This document shows, piece after piece, positions 38,177-49,745 of a stretch of DNA of 64,000 bases. This DNA is from Felis catus (taxonomy: Eukaryota). Made by a program: the position numbers and the translations under genes. Positions within the stretch are counted from its first letter, which is position 1; every line of letters starts with the position of its first letter. Location: NCBI RefSeq assembly GCF_018350175.1, contig NC_058368.1:174284001-174348000 (forward strand), given 5' to 3'. The notes beneath the pieces are model-generated. The model searched no databases and was not told the DNA's origin. It worked only from the letters and a program-made list of their open reading frames with translations.

Positions 38177-40174
38177 TCACTGTGATTTTCTATGGCATCT
38201 CTCTATTTTATCTCTAATTCGTTCCTGACCTTTTCTAATTCTGTTTTAGGTTTTTCTTTCTTGATTGCCATCCATAATCTTTTTATCCTTTTCTTCTCCT
38301 AGGTCAGTTTGGAATATTAGGTGATAGTTTTCCTCTGCTCGGAGCTATATGTTTCTAATGGGTTTTTATTTTTCATAGATGTATTACTCTGATAAGTATC
38401 CTGTTTTTGGAACACTCTTTCATCACAATCTTCTTTCTGTTTATTTATATTTAAGTGAGATGGGTCTCCCCATACTTTTTGGAGGAAGTTCCTGCTGCTA
38501 AGAGATAATTTTCAGAAACAGATAAAATCGCACGTCTCATCCAGATGTAAATATGAACACATGTTAAAAATTGCATTCTGTTAATCCACAGGGGAACCGG
38601 GCAGATGTTGTGACTAGTTCAAAGACAGGGCCAGAAATGTACCAATGTAGGTGGAGCAAAAGCGTGTCCAAATGAGTTGTAAATGAAGGCAAACTGTGTG
38701 TGTGCACAGAAGGGGTGACACGGGACAGAACCTACCTGTGTGTCAGTTACACACTATTTACGGGGCTGTAAAAGAGCCCCCACGAATCAGAATCTAATAA
38801 GGCGTAGGGTGAGCTGTAGACGATGCAGTTTTCCAGGGAAGAACTAGACGTCGTCGTCCCTGTGCAGAAGGTGGGGGTGGGTGGGCCAGCTCCCCCGCGA
38901 CTCCCACCCAGCACAGAGGACTTGCCCACGCTGTGCTAAGAGACCTGACCCACCTGTAGCCGGGCTTGCACCCACACTAGGCCACGTCTGCAAAGGGGAC
39001 CCCAGGCCCCGCGCTGAGTCTCCACTCAAGAAAACACAGGGTGGCCGAACTACAAAACGTACGTTGTCCCAACCCACGCTGCCAAACCGGTGAGTAATTC
39101 TCTACTTACCTTCCTCCTGTAATTTCCCATTTCCTCCTGGCCCCTTTTAACTCCCCCTCCGTTCTCCCTTTAAGAACCTCAGTCGCCTTTGTTCTGAGTC
39201 AGAGTTGGGCTCAGTTTATACCCGAGCCTACGTGCCCCGCGCCCTGGTCTGAATAAAATCTGTCCTGGCACCTCCGACCCGTGTCCAGGGCTGTTCCAGG
39301 GCTCTGGTCTGTTGTTCCCACAACAGTCTCTCAGTGCAGCCAGCTGGCTGTACTCACAGAGCTGTCTCTTCAGGCCCCCTCCCCCAGAAGCCTCTACACC
39401 TTTTTCCACCTTTGCCCACAGACTTCCTGTGCACGAGGTCCTTCTGCGTACTGTTCTCAGCGTTTTTCCCCTTCTGAGGGCGTTTCCCCTGCGTTTTGGA
39501 GAGCCCCGAGGGCCCAGGCTGTCCCAGCCCCCAGACCCCCTCCAGCCCCTTGTACTTACCTGCAAGCCGCAGCCTGTATGGGCCCCTGCCGGTCCTGCAT
39601 TCACGTTTACTCCCCAGTCCTCCGGACCACCTTCGCCAGGTGACTAACTTTCAGCAGTCTGTGCAGGCCCAGCTCTCCGGACTTCTGGAAGCCCTCGCCT
39701 TCCCCTCCGCCTGCTCTCACACAGCTGCAACCCAGACGTCTCTGCCCCCATCAGCGGCTTTGCTCCAGCCTCCCGCATTCTGGGATACTTGGTCACCAGG
39801 CTGTGTTAAATATGTCATCTGTGGATTCTTTTCTTTTGCTCCCCTACTTTTTCTGTGCATGGTTTTAAGAGGAGTTGGGGATGCTAAGAAATGACACTGT
39901 CACTGTCTCCACGGGCTTTGGCTGCACCTTTTAGACGGGACATGTACCGTCCACAGAGCCAGGCAGGGTCCCCACCAGGCGGCTTCCCTTCCTTACTCAT
40001 GACATATCACCTCTGGCCCCAGAAGTCTATTTCCACACAGCCTGTATTTGTTCTGGCTTTATTTCTAATACTCCGCTTCTGTCTCAGTGCGTTGTCTCAG
40101 AACCTTTCCACTTAAAGTTTTCTTTATTTTTTTAATATTTTCGATTTTTTTCTTTATAATACCTAAGGAATCTT

Positions 40175-40340
40175 TCCTCTCTCTGTGTCTTTCTTTCTTT
40201 CTTTCTTTCTTTTTCTTTCTTTCTTTCTCTCCTTCTTTCTTTTCTTTCCTTCTTCCTTTCTTTCTTTCTTTGCTTCTTTCTTTCTTTCTTCCTTTTTCTT
40301 TCTTTTTCCTTTCTTTCTCATATCTCATTTTGTCTTTTTC
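40175..40340. repeat. (TTTC)n polypyrimidine tract
   Basis: About 150 bp almost entirely of C and T. Confidence 0.9.
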
Positions 40341-40601
40341 TATACTATTTGCTTTGCTTTGTATTAAAAAAGGTGAGATTCAATCTCTCCCTCAGGCACT
40401 TTCCAGGTACCTTCTTGAATTCGCTAAACCTTGGTTTCCTCATCTGTGAAGTGGAAATGATATAAACACATCAAAGACTTTGAGAAGACTAAGCCTATGG
40501 TAGGTCCTCATCAGTGCCCAGCAGCCTCTCTGACTGGACTGAGCACTGACAGTCAAGGACATTTCCAAGTGACCTATCGCATTTATCAAACAACTTTATG
40601 G

Positions 40602-41057
40602 TTTTTTTTTATTTTTTTTTAATTTTTTTAACGTTTTATTTATTTTTAAGACAGAGAGAGACAGAGCATGAACGGGGGAGGGGCAGAGAGAGAGGGAGAC
40701 ACAGAATCGGAAGCAGGCTCCAGGCTCTGAGCCATCAGCCCAGAGCCTGACGCGGGGCTCGAACTCACGGACCGCGAGATCGTGACCTGAGCTGAAGTCG
40801 GACGTCCAACCGACTGAGCCACCCAGGCGCCCCTTTTTTTTAATTTTTTAATGTCTTTTTATTTATTTTTGAGACAGAGAGAGACAGACAATGAGCGGGG
40901 AAGGGGAAGAGAGAGAAGGAGACACAAAATCTGAAGCAGGACCTAGCCTCCGCACGGTCAGCAACAGAGCCCGATGCGGGGCTCGAACTCACAAACCACG
41001 AGATCATGACCTGAGCTGATGTCAGCTGCTTAACCGACTGAGCCACCCAGGCGCCCC
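40602..41057 (-). mobile_element. Two tandem SINECs (40602-40833 and 40834-41057)
   Basis: Two antisense bodies; the head of the left copy abuts the poly-T tail of the right copy. Confidence 0.92.
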
Positions 41058-43995
41058 TTGTTTTGTTTTTAAAAACAGATGTGTATTCAGAGTGTTTTAA
41101 AATTCCTCTTTGAAGAAAGATCCCCTGTTGGGAAGAAAAAGAAGAAGAAAGGAAAAGGAATCCAGGAATCCAGATGGTTTTTCTTCTGCCTCCCCGGCCC
41201 CGTCAGTCACTGCTTTTTCCCTGGGTCAGGGCTCCTCAGAGGAAAAGAAAAGGAAGAAGGCTTTCTGCCCACGATTCACATTAACCCCTCTTATGACCAT
41301 ATTTTTTCCTTCTGAACTGATATCTCCCTGTGCCACATTTTTTAGTCTTCTAAAAAACTGCCAGAAATGCTTACACAGGAGAACAAAAGGACTGGGGACT
41401 CTGAAAGGTAAAGACTCCACACGTTTGAATTCAATCACCTCTTTTATTATGCAAATACGCCCCCCTTTGATTCTGCCTCCCGTGTGTGGTTCAGTGGAGA
41501 CTCCCAGGATAAATGGGGCACAGATGCAGAAATGAAGGTTCCACATTTCGCAAGCCCCCTTTCCTTAGAAATCGCCTCCCCACAGCCCCAACTGTTTCCT
41601 TAAAATGTGGTCCATAATCCCTGGGGAGTGGGGTGGGGGGTATAAATTTTGAACCATTGTCCCTGGCTAAGAACAAAACCCAAACCCCCATTCGCTGGTG
41701 GCCTAGAGCTGCTGCCTCCGCCGTCCAGGTGCAGATCCGGGTGGTGTTTCCTGCCTGGGACAGGACATCATGGCTTTTACACTTCTGCTGAGCGCGTCCT
41801 GTTTGCCAGGCAGGGCGCCAAGTACTTTCCGTCTGCCCCGTTGTCTCCGTTCACCCCCCACAGCTGCCTGAGGTGAGAGCTCGCTCCGATGATCTCCTGT
41901 CGCGGATGAAGAACCCAGGACTGACTCAGGTGGAGTCACTCTGGGATGGAAGCCCAGAAGCAGGTTCAAAGATCTGGCACTGCGACACAAGGTGCACAGG
42001 GACCGGGTGCCCAAGCCTGGGGTTCTGTGTCGTTCTGGACACGGAGTTTGTAGAAACACAGCCAAACGAGAAAACTGGCACCATGTGCTCAGAAGGAACG
42101 AACGAATGAATGAATAAGTGAGCGAATGAATGGACACCGATCTAAGAACACTGCGGGACGGAACTGCAGAAAGAACAGGGACCGTGGAGCCCGGCCTTTG
42201 GGTTTCAGTCCCAGCCGTGCCGGTCGGTGGTTTGCAGGGTGGTTTTGTGCAATTATCTACCTGTCTGGGTCTCATTTTGCTCATCCGTCAAATGGTGCCA
42301 GAAACAGCTTTATCTCAAGGCCGTGGGGAGGATAAAAAATTTTAAATCCACAGGGAAGCTCCTTGTTAACAGCATCCTATAGAGGGAGACCTACAATTTA
42401 TTGTCAAAACCAGATGTTACGTGTTGATTTGTTATGATTCCAGATCCACTTGTTCATGGCTTAAGTGGAGTTGTTTTGTTCAGGGGGTGAATTTGTTTAC
42501 CCTGGGGAAGCGGCGTCAGGATAATGTCATCAAAACGGTTGTGCCACTGAGCGTTTATCCGTAGGAACATTCGGGGTTGACATTAGGGCTAACGGACAGT
42601 GAAACCTTAAGTACCGGGAATCTGTGAGGACGTACCGAGAGCCATCAAGTCTGGGCAAAGCTACTCTTCGCTGATCTAAATAGCTCTTCGAAGACCTTGG
42701 GACATCAGTTCCTGCCGTGGCAAGGCCACTCTTTGCCGGTGGTGGTGAAAACCATACAGTGGCCCCCGTGAAGGCGATCATCTTGCCTGCCAACACTGGG
42801 GTCTTTGTTCCACTAATGCCTTGTGCCCCAGCAACAGCCGGCTTTCAATTCACGCTGGCAGCTGGACGTCAGCTGTTGGTTGGCTAAGCCAGCTCTTCCA
42901 AGAACTACGTCTTAGAAAGCTATACCTCGACCACACCTGGGCTTTCTTTCTTTCATCTCCCCTTTGCCTGGGAAAATGGTGTAATTAACCTATCAGGGGA
43001 GTATGGTATTTCTCCATTGGTTTATTAAGAGACATCATCCTGCATGCTATTGATTGTGAAATATTATCACACATTATAATTCCCACAGTGAACCCGTGTT
43101 AAGTAAATTATTGGCAAAGACGCTCTCAGTCTCTGAGCGTGATTTGGACAAAATACCAGGGAGACTGGGACCGGGAGGGGGTGTTATGCAAAATGACACC
43201 TCGTCAACGCAAATGAGGGGTCACTCTCCTTCCCAGTGTGCGAACTGTGACTTCGGCTTCCCCAAGAACAGAAGAGCAATGCTTCAGGAGAAGGAGCCTG
43301 GACGTGTTTCATCAGGTCACTAACCTAGCCTTCTTGGCACCTGACTTTGAGTACCCGGCTCTGTCTCATCCACTCACCGGTCTCAGGGGGCACTTCATAA
43401 AATCATACTGTTTTAGGTATGTGGTTTTGTGGTTTTTTTTTTTTTTTTTTTTTTTTTTGCATGCTGTTTCAGTTTAATTGAGCAGAGATCGAGATGATGG
43501 ACGCCAGGAGTCTTATTGTGTGTTGGAGTCCCATTTCTGCCTCTTACAGGCTGTGTGGTCTTGGGTACGATACGTAACCTCTCTATGCCTCAGTTTTGTT
43601 CCCTGCAAAATGGGGATGTTAATCCCCACGCTTATGAGTTGTGTGAGGATTGGGTGCTGAGCACAGCCCCCTAGCACCCAGAAGCCCTTGATAACTGGCA
43701 GTTCCCCTCCTTCCCTTTGCGTGAACCGGGGGGCCGGTGTGAGTACTGGAAATTGACAGTGAAATTGGATTGCGTGGCTGTGTGAGAATATATGACCAGG
43801 ACAGAAGCAACGGGCACTCCGCTCCACGTGCCCATGGCCCCCCCAGCGGGAGCCCACGCAGAACAATACCTTGCCCTGGCCTTTCTGCCTTCACTTTCCC
43901 CAGTCTCCACTGTACCTCCTGGCCTCACCTATAAATAAACCACCACCCCAAGACCTGTTCTTTAAAGAACCCAAAGCGAGAAGGTAGCTGGTACC

Positions 43996-44350
43996 TGTTA
44001 TAGTCTGCATGCTTATGGGCCCTCCAAATTCATACGTTGAAATCCTAACTCCCAAGGTGATGGTACTAGGAGGCGGGGCCTTTGGGAAGTGATTCTGTCC
44101 TAAGAGTGCAGCCCTCATGATCGGGATAATGTCCCTCATGAAGGAGACTTCAGAGAGAGAGTCCCTTGCCCCTTCCACTGTGTGTGGATACGATGTGAGG
44201 ATGGCTACGAAGGACAAAGCACGCTCTCTCTAGACGCCAAAGCTACCGGCACCTTGATCTTGGGGTCCAGAACAATGAGAAATAAATTTCTATTGTTTAT
44301 AAGCCACCCCGTCGATAGTATTGTTATAACGCCTCCAACAGACTGAGACG
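43996..44350 (+). mobile_element. MLT1A-like MaLR solo LTR
   Basis: tgttatagtctgcatgctt..ccaaattcatacgttgaaatcctaactcccaaggtgatggtactaggaggcggggcctttgggaagtgatt..gagaaataaatttctattgtttataagccaccc..aacagactgagac. Confidence 0.88.
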
Positions 44351-44761
44351 ATAGCTGACATGCACGAAGTGCTGGCTGTGTGCCCAGCGCTGTGCTGAGC
44401 ACTTTGCAAGCACCCTTTTGTGCAATCCTTGTAAAAATGTTACGAGATAAGTATTATTATTACGCCCCTTTTACAGATGAGAAAACTGAGGCGCAAAGAG
44501 GTGAGTGATTTCCCCAGGTTCTTACAGTGACTTAGTAATTTTCCAAGACAACGTACCTGGGCCAGAAGCCAGGTTTGCACTGGTTGATTTAGAGGGGTGG
44601 AAAAAATGTTTCCCTCTTCCCTTCTAGGTTCTTTGGCTGATCTAATAATTAAATTGACATAAGACAGATTAACGGGAGAAAAACAAATTTAATGTGTACA
44701 TACAGGAGCCCCATAAAAATGTGAGACCCAGAGGCAATCAGGCAACGGAGGCTTATATACC

Positions 44762-44762
<1 letters not shown>

Positions 44763-44800
<38 letters not shown>
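44763..44800. repeat. (TG)19 microsatellite at the position expected for the retrocopy poly(A) tail
   Basis: Directly visible. Confidence 0.95.
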
Positions 44801-44801
<1 letters not shown>

Positions 44802-46353
44802 CAGGGCGGGAGGATTTGCTGGCAGCAGAGGAAGGACAAGGAGGTCGACAGAAGTGTACAAGGTACCAAGGGCAGCAGAGAGGGCATTCCTGTGGCTCAG
44901 GCCTCCCCACCCATCTGGGGGTGCTTCTGCCACAGCTGGTTGTCCAAGGTGGCACCCGGGCCAAAAGACATGCCGCGGTGGCGACACGCAGAGCGGGAGC
45001 TGCCCGGCCCCAGACTGCGCACGCGGTGGTGGTTTAGAGCTCACTGCTCTGGGCGCAGGCGTAGGATCAGAGCTCGCGTGTGCGAGCACCAGCGCACTGT
45101 CAGGTTGCTGCTGTTGGTAAAATGCTTCCCGTACAACTCACAGACGCCCCCAGGCCCGCGGCTCTTGCCCCCTGGCTCTGGCATCTTCTTGGGGGACATC
45201 TGGCTCTTTGCAGGTTCATTTCTCTGTTCCACGGTGGTAGCTCCCCAGTTGGTCCCCCTGGGGCCTACCTGAGCCCCACCATCAGGAGGAGCCCCAGGTT
45301 CCTGGACCCCCGCTGTGATCGCGGCTCCAGTGCCTGTCCACCCCCCCCACCCCCCTCCACCACCTGCGGCATGGGAGCGTGCTGGCTTCAGAGGGGCAGT
45401 GGCAGAGGCCTGTTCCAAGGTGGCCCTGCAGGGCTCTGAGGCTGCAGCTGCCCGTGGGTCTTGGGCAGTTGAGCTTGGTGCTTCTTGGTACAAATATGGG
45501 GACACGGGTCACAGGCGTAGGGCCACTCGTAAGGCCTGTATACAAGCACACGTGCACTTGGAGATTAATGAGGGAGCCGAAGGTCTTTGCATAGACGGGG
45601 CAGGTGGGGTTCTGCTCACTCGGGGGCCTGTGGCCTCAGCTTCTGACTTCACCTTTGCCGAGACAGCGGCGGCCACCTCTGCCAGGCCCGGCAGCCGGGC
45701 CTCGGGGGCCTCAGGTCCTGTCTGGTGGAAGGACAATCCTTGGTCCCACAGGGCACGTGCAGCAGCTTCCAGGCCCCTGTGAACGGTCTCTGGCAGCTGA
45801 TGCAGCTCAAGGCTTTGGGGTTCTTGCATTCTAAGTCCTGGCAGGGGTCGGACGTCTACGAAGCTGCCAGTCAGGCTTCTTGTGTTCCGTGAAAGCAGTG
45901 ATGGTCTCCAAAGGAAAGGCCAACAGGTGGCGGCCGAGGTCAACAGATCTAGGTGTTTGTCAGTCCAGGGCTGGTGGTGGCGAGGGCGGTGGATCAGTGG
46001 CATCGACAGCACCCGCTCACTCTGCGCGCTGAGGTCGCCTGTGCGTTGGGGGCACCCAATGGAGTGGCAGGGTTCGCTCCGGGACCGCCCTGGTGCAGGC
46101 ACTTCCTTTCCGGGAGAAGGCTCCAGCCCTGGCGCCAGTAGGGGAGGCGCATCTGGCCTGGGCTTCACTGGATGACAAGGCCCGGCCTTTGCATCTCAAC
46201 ATCTGTGCTGGAGGCTGGCGGCTGGGGCCCGGTCTTCTTGGCAGGGCGTGCAACTGGCCTTGTGGCGGGAGGGACATAGGGAGAGGGCCAGGCTGGCTGG
46301 CCGCTGGAGGTGGCCTGGGCCAGGTGCCCTCAGACCGAGGGGTTCAGGTGAGT
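44801..46353 (-). pseudogene. ZNF296: Processed pseudogene of zinc finger protein 296; ancestral CDS 46277 to 44897
   Basis: Minus-strand frames give segments matching recalled ZNF296: KPRPDA, QPWTDKHLDLLT, WDQGLSFHQTGPEAPEARLPGLAEVAAAVSA, TAGVQEPGAP..WGATTVEQRNEPAKSQMSPKKMPEPGGKSRGPGGVCELYGKHFTNSSNLTV, and ATLDNQLWQKHP..GEA-stop (TGA at 44897-44899). It has no introns, multiple frameshifts and mutated zinc-ligand residues. Confidence 0.93.
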
Positions 46354-48122
46354 TAGCAGCTTGGGGCTTCCAAGGGGAGAAGAGCAGATAAGCACAGATG
46401 TACGGTAATCAAACGTTTGCCCTGCCATGCAGATAAGTCTTTCAGATAAAAAGGTTTCTTTGGCAATAACTCTCCTTCTGACACAGGACCTTTATCTAAA
46501 TTCTTTCAGGCGCATTAGGGAGAGGTAAAAGTTTCCCTGAGTCGGGTGGGTCTTGATTGCCTTCAGCTCAAAATAATCCCCGCGTCAAAGTGGCACATTT
46601 CAGGGCGGCCTGCTCTGCTCCCTTTCGATTCTGTTCCGCTATGTCTGTTTCATTCGTTTGATGTGAGCAATCCCTGCAGGGAGTTTGAAGGATTCCTCCT
46701 CGCGGGCGGTAGCGGGCGGATATCTAGGAGGATATCTAGGCGACACAGATGTATGGGTCAGGCGTTACGGATGGAATGAGGATTCTGACCAGTGGAAGAG
46801 TTTAGCGGAGGCTTAGCGGGAGGCTGTCAATGTGCTCTGATGGCACTGCTCGAGGGGTACAGGAGTTGCTTCCCCACCAGAGGCGTTCTCGGTCCTCTTG
46901 ACTCATGGTGAGGGGCTGGTCCTCCCTGGGGCAGGGAACTCTGTGCTTCTGTGGTGAGGCGGGCGCCGTGCGGGGAACCCCCCCATGTCATTCACTGGGG
47001 CGCATTTCTGGTGCGAGGGGTCAACAGACCTCGCCCTTCCTCGAACCTGCAGCATCCACCCAGCTCGGGTCTTTTGGCTTGTGCGTCCCTGCCAAAGCTG
47101 GGGAAACTGAGCCTCGCTCATGCTCCACGCGCACGGGGTGCCTTCCTTCTGACTCAAGTCAGACTCAAGTCTCCGTGGGGGCCATTCCGACACAGGCACG
47201 CTGAGGAGAAGCCTTTAATTTTAGCTCTTGCTGATGAATGTCTGACCCGAGTCCCAGGAAACTTCATTCCAAAATTAGATTCCAAGAACTGAAGTGTGTT
47301 GTTTTCAGTTTGGAGGAAATGAAAGTCTAGAAAACCTGAGGCTGGGAGGCCATAGAAATGAGGCTGCCCAGTCGCGGCCCAGGGACCTGCCCTCCGGAGG
47401 CGCAGACTCAAACACCCGGCCTGGCCTCGTACTGGCCGAAGGCCTCTGGGCCAGCCGTATAATCTCTCTGCTCCTCACCCAGAGAATGGGGATGATATCA
47501 GCCTCTGCTTCATACATTGCCGTGGGGACTAAACAGCAACGCGCACAGATCACTTAGCACGGTGCCTGGGGCATAATAAATGCTCAATAATCATAGCAGA
47601 GCAGAGGGCTCAGGGGGTATAAGGCCCATGAAAGATGAGGGCAAGGGGACGACTCAGGGAGACCCTCAGACGGTGGTACAGCTCTGACATTTGGCCAGGG
47701 CAGCATGCAGTTGTAGAGCAAAGATTGTTCTTAGAAGACTCGCACTGGACAGAAATGGCCGGGCCCGAGTGCCCCTGCCACGCCCAGCCACCGGCGGGTA
47801 CTTCCCAGGAAGAGCGTGGCCTCAGCTAGAGCTGGTCCTGAGCGCTGTCTCCCAGCAAGAGGCTGGCGGCCAGACGCACGTCTTGGAACTAAGAAACTGT
47901 CAGACCTCTCTCCAGCTTTTGGAAACCATCCCCCCTTCCACAGGGACTGGCTTCTCCTCAGGACCCACCTTCCTTCCCCACCGCAGTGGCTTTCCTCAAG
48001 TCCTATCCTGTTTAGCACTGAGGCTCAGAGAGCCTGGGGACTAGGGGACACCCAGGGGTGGTCTTGGGGCTCCAGCTCCCCTAGTGCAGGCCCAGGCGCG
48101 GGTGTCATCCACATCTGCTCCC

Positions 48123-48348
48123 TTTTCTTTTTTTAATTTTTTTTTAATGTTTATTTATTTTTGAGACAGAGAGAGACAGAGCATGAACAGGGGAGGGTCA
48201 GAGAGAGAGGGAGACACAGAATCCGAAGCAGGCTCCAGGCTCCGAGATGTCAGCACAGAGCCCGATGCGGGGCTCAAACTCACGGACCGTGAGATCATGA
48301 CCTGAGCCGAAGTCGGACTCTTACCCGACTGAGCCACCCAGGCACCCC
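48123..48348 (-). mobile_element. SINEC
   Basis: Antisense body; TSD ccacatctgctccc. Confidence 0.93.
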
Positions 48349-48409
48349 CACATCTGCTCCCTTTGACATCTCCCACCTATGGGTGGACACACCCATCTAT
48401 AATCTCGCT

Positions 48410-48883
48410 GGTCCGGCAGCTAAGTGGGGATCCAGCTTTGTCCCCTCTGCCACTGCTCCCATCGAGGGGCAGGGGCCAAGCCTCCTCCCCAGCTGACGCT
48501 ACTCTTGGCCAGGTGACCTGCTTTGGTCAATGGGATACCAGTAAACACTGGGTAAACAGAGGCTTCGTAAGTGCTTGGGGGACTGGGACCTTTTCCTCTT
48601 GGAACACCGTCCTGAGGCCCATGCAAGGAAGCCGGTCTAGCCTATTGGAAGATGAGAGGCCGTAAGGAGGGGCACCAAGGTGTCCCAGCCAACAGCCAGC
48701 CTAAACTACCAGGCAGGGGCCATCTTAGACCTTCTGGCAACCAACGCAGCTGCATGAGGGAGGCCAGGTGAACCAGCCGAAGATCACCCAGCCAACCCAC
48801 AGAATCAGGCAAAGTAACGAACCCTCACTGTTTTAAGACACTGCTTGGAATGTTTATTACGTAGCAATAGATAGCTGATACAC
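48410..48883 (+). mobile_element. MLT1 (F/G/H-like) LTR
   Basis: ggtgacctgctttggtcaatgggat..cccagccaacccacagaatc..ctgttttaagacactg..gtagcaatagatagctgataca. Confidence 0.7.
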
Positions 48884-49521
48884 AGGTACCCATATAAACA
48901 CCGCCCGAGGAGAAAAGCGAGTTCTCTGAAACCTTACAAGTCCCCAGGAAGGAGACACGTGGTCCCTAGCCGCCTAATTTGTAGAGGTTGCCCCTCACAC
49001 CTAGGGTCACGCGAGGGATCAGAGGGGGCAGAATTTGCTCCCAGACTGTGCCTTCCACATTTGGGAATGGGACACGGGCCCTGAGTCACATAGATGATGT
49101 CTGCTCTCTTAGACAGCAAAGACTCAGAGGAGCCCTGAAATTGACATACATCAGGGCTTGCTGGAGGGTCACGCCCATCTCTAGTTTCTGTGGCAGGGGA
49201 GCCGAGGGGGGAGACTTCTTTTGAATGCATGAGGGGCTTATGCTTTAGAAGTCAGCCAAGGTGTGTGTGAGGGTGTGCTTGACTTGTTAATTAATCAGTG
49301 CATTCAGCAGCCACTTATTGAGGTCCAACTATACGCCATCCACTCTGGAAACTTTCTCAGAAGGAAAGGACACCTACTTTGACCCCGATATAAACCAAAA
49401 AGCACAGACTAAAACGTTTCGGCTGAGACGTGTTCGAAAATTAAAGTTATTTTATTTTTCCTACTTATGAAAGTAATGGTTACTCGTTGCAAAACATTTA
49501 GAAAAAAAAAAGCATATAACA

Positions 49522-49745
49522 GGGGCTCCTGGGTGGCGCAGTCGGTTAAGCGTCCGACTTCAGCCAGGTCACGATCTCGCGGTCCGGGAGTTCGAGCCCC
49601 GCGTCGGGCTCTGGGCTGATGGCTCGGAGCCTGGAGCCTGTTTCCGATTCTGTGTCTCCCTCTCTCTCTGCCCCTCGCCCGTTCATGCTCTGTCTCTCTC
49701 TGTCCCAAAAATAAATAAAAACGTTGAAAAGAAAAAATAGAAAAA
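49522..49745 (+). mobile_element. Young felid SINEC_Fc
   Basis: Near-identical to the copy at 33587; TSD aaaaaRgcatataaca. Confidence 0.95.

Larger units (their letters stand above)
44590..46626 (-). mobile_element. ERV1-class solo LTR (CarLTR-like) split by the ZNF296 retrocopy
   Basis: Left half 44590-44762 is homologous to the LTR at 11136 and carries minus-strand TATATAA (44753-44759) and ATTAAA (44688-44693). Right half 46355-46626 ends ..ctcaaaataatccccgcgtcaaagtggcacatttcagggcggcc, like 11538-11580. GATT flanks both ends (44586-44589, 46627-46630). Confidence 0.75.

Noticed and set aside
45041..46277. Functional ZNF296 or BCL11-like zinc-finger gene
   Set aside because: It is intronless, with multiple frameshifts and lost Cys/His ligands.
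11136..46626. Two related ERV1-class LTRs as the ends of one large element
   Set aside because: They are 33 kb apart, their internal parts differ, and each has its own 4-bp TSD.
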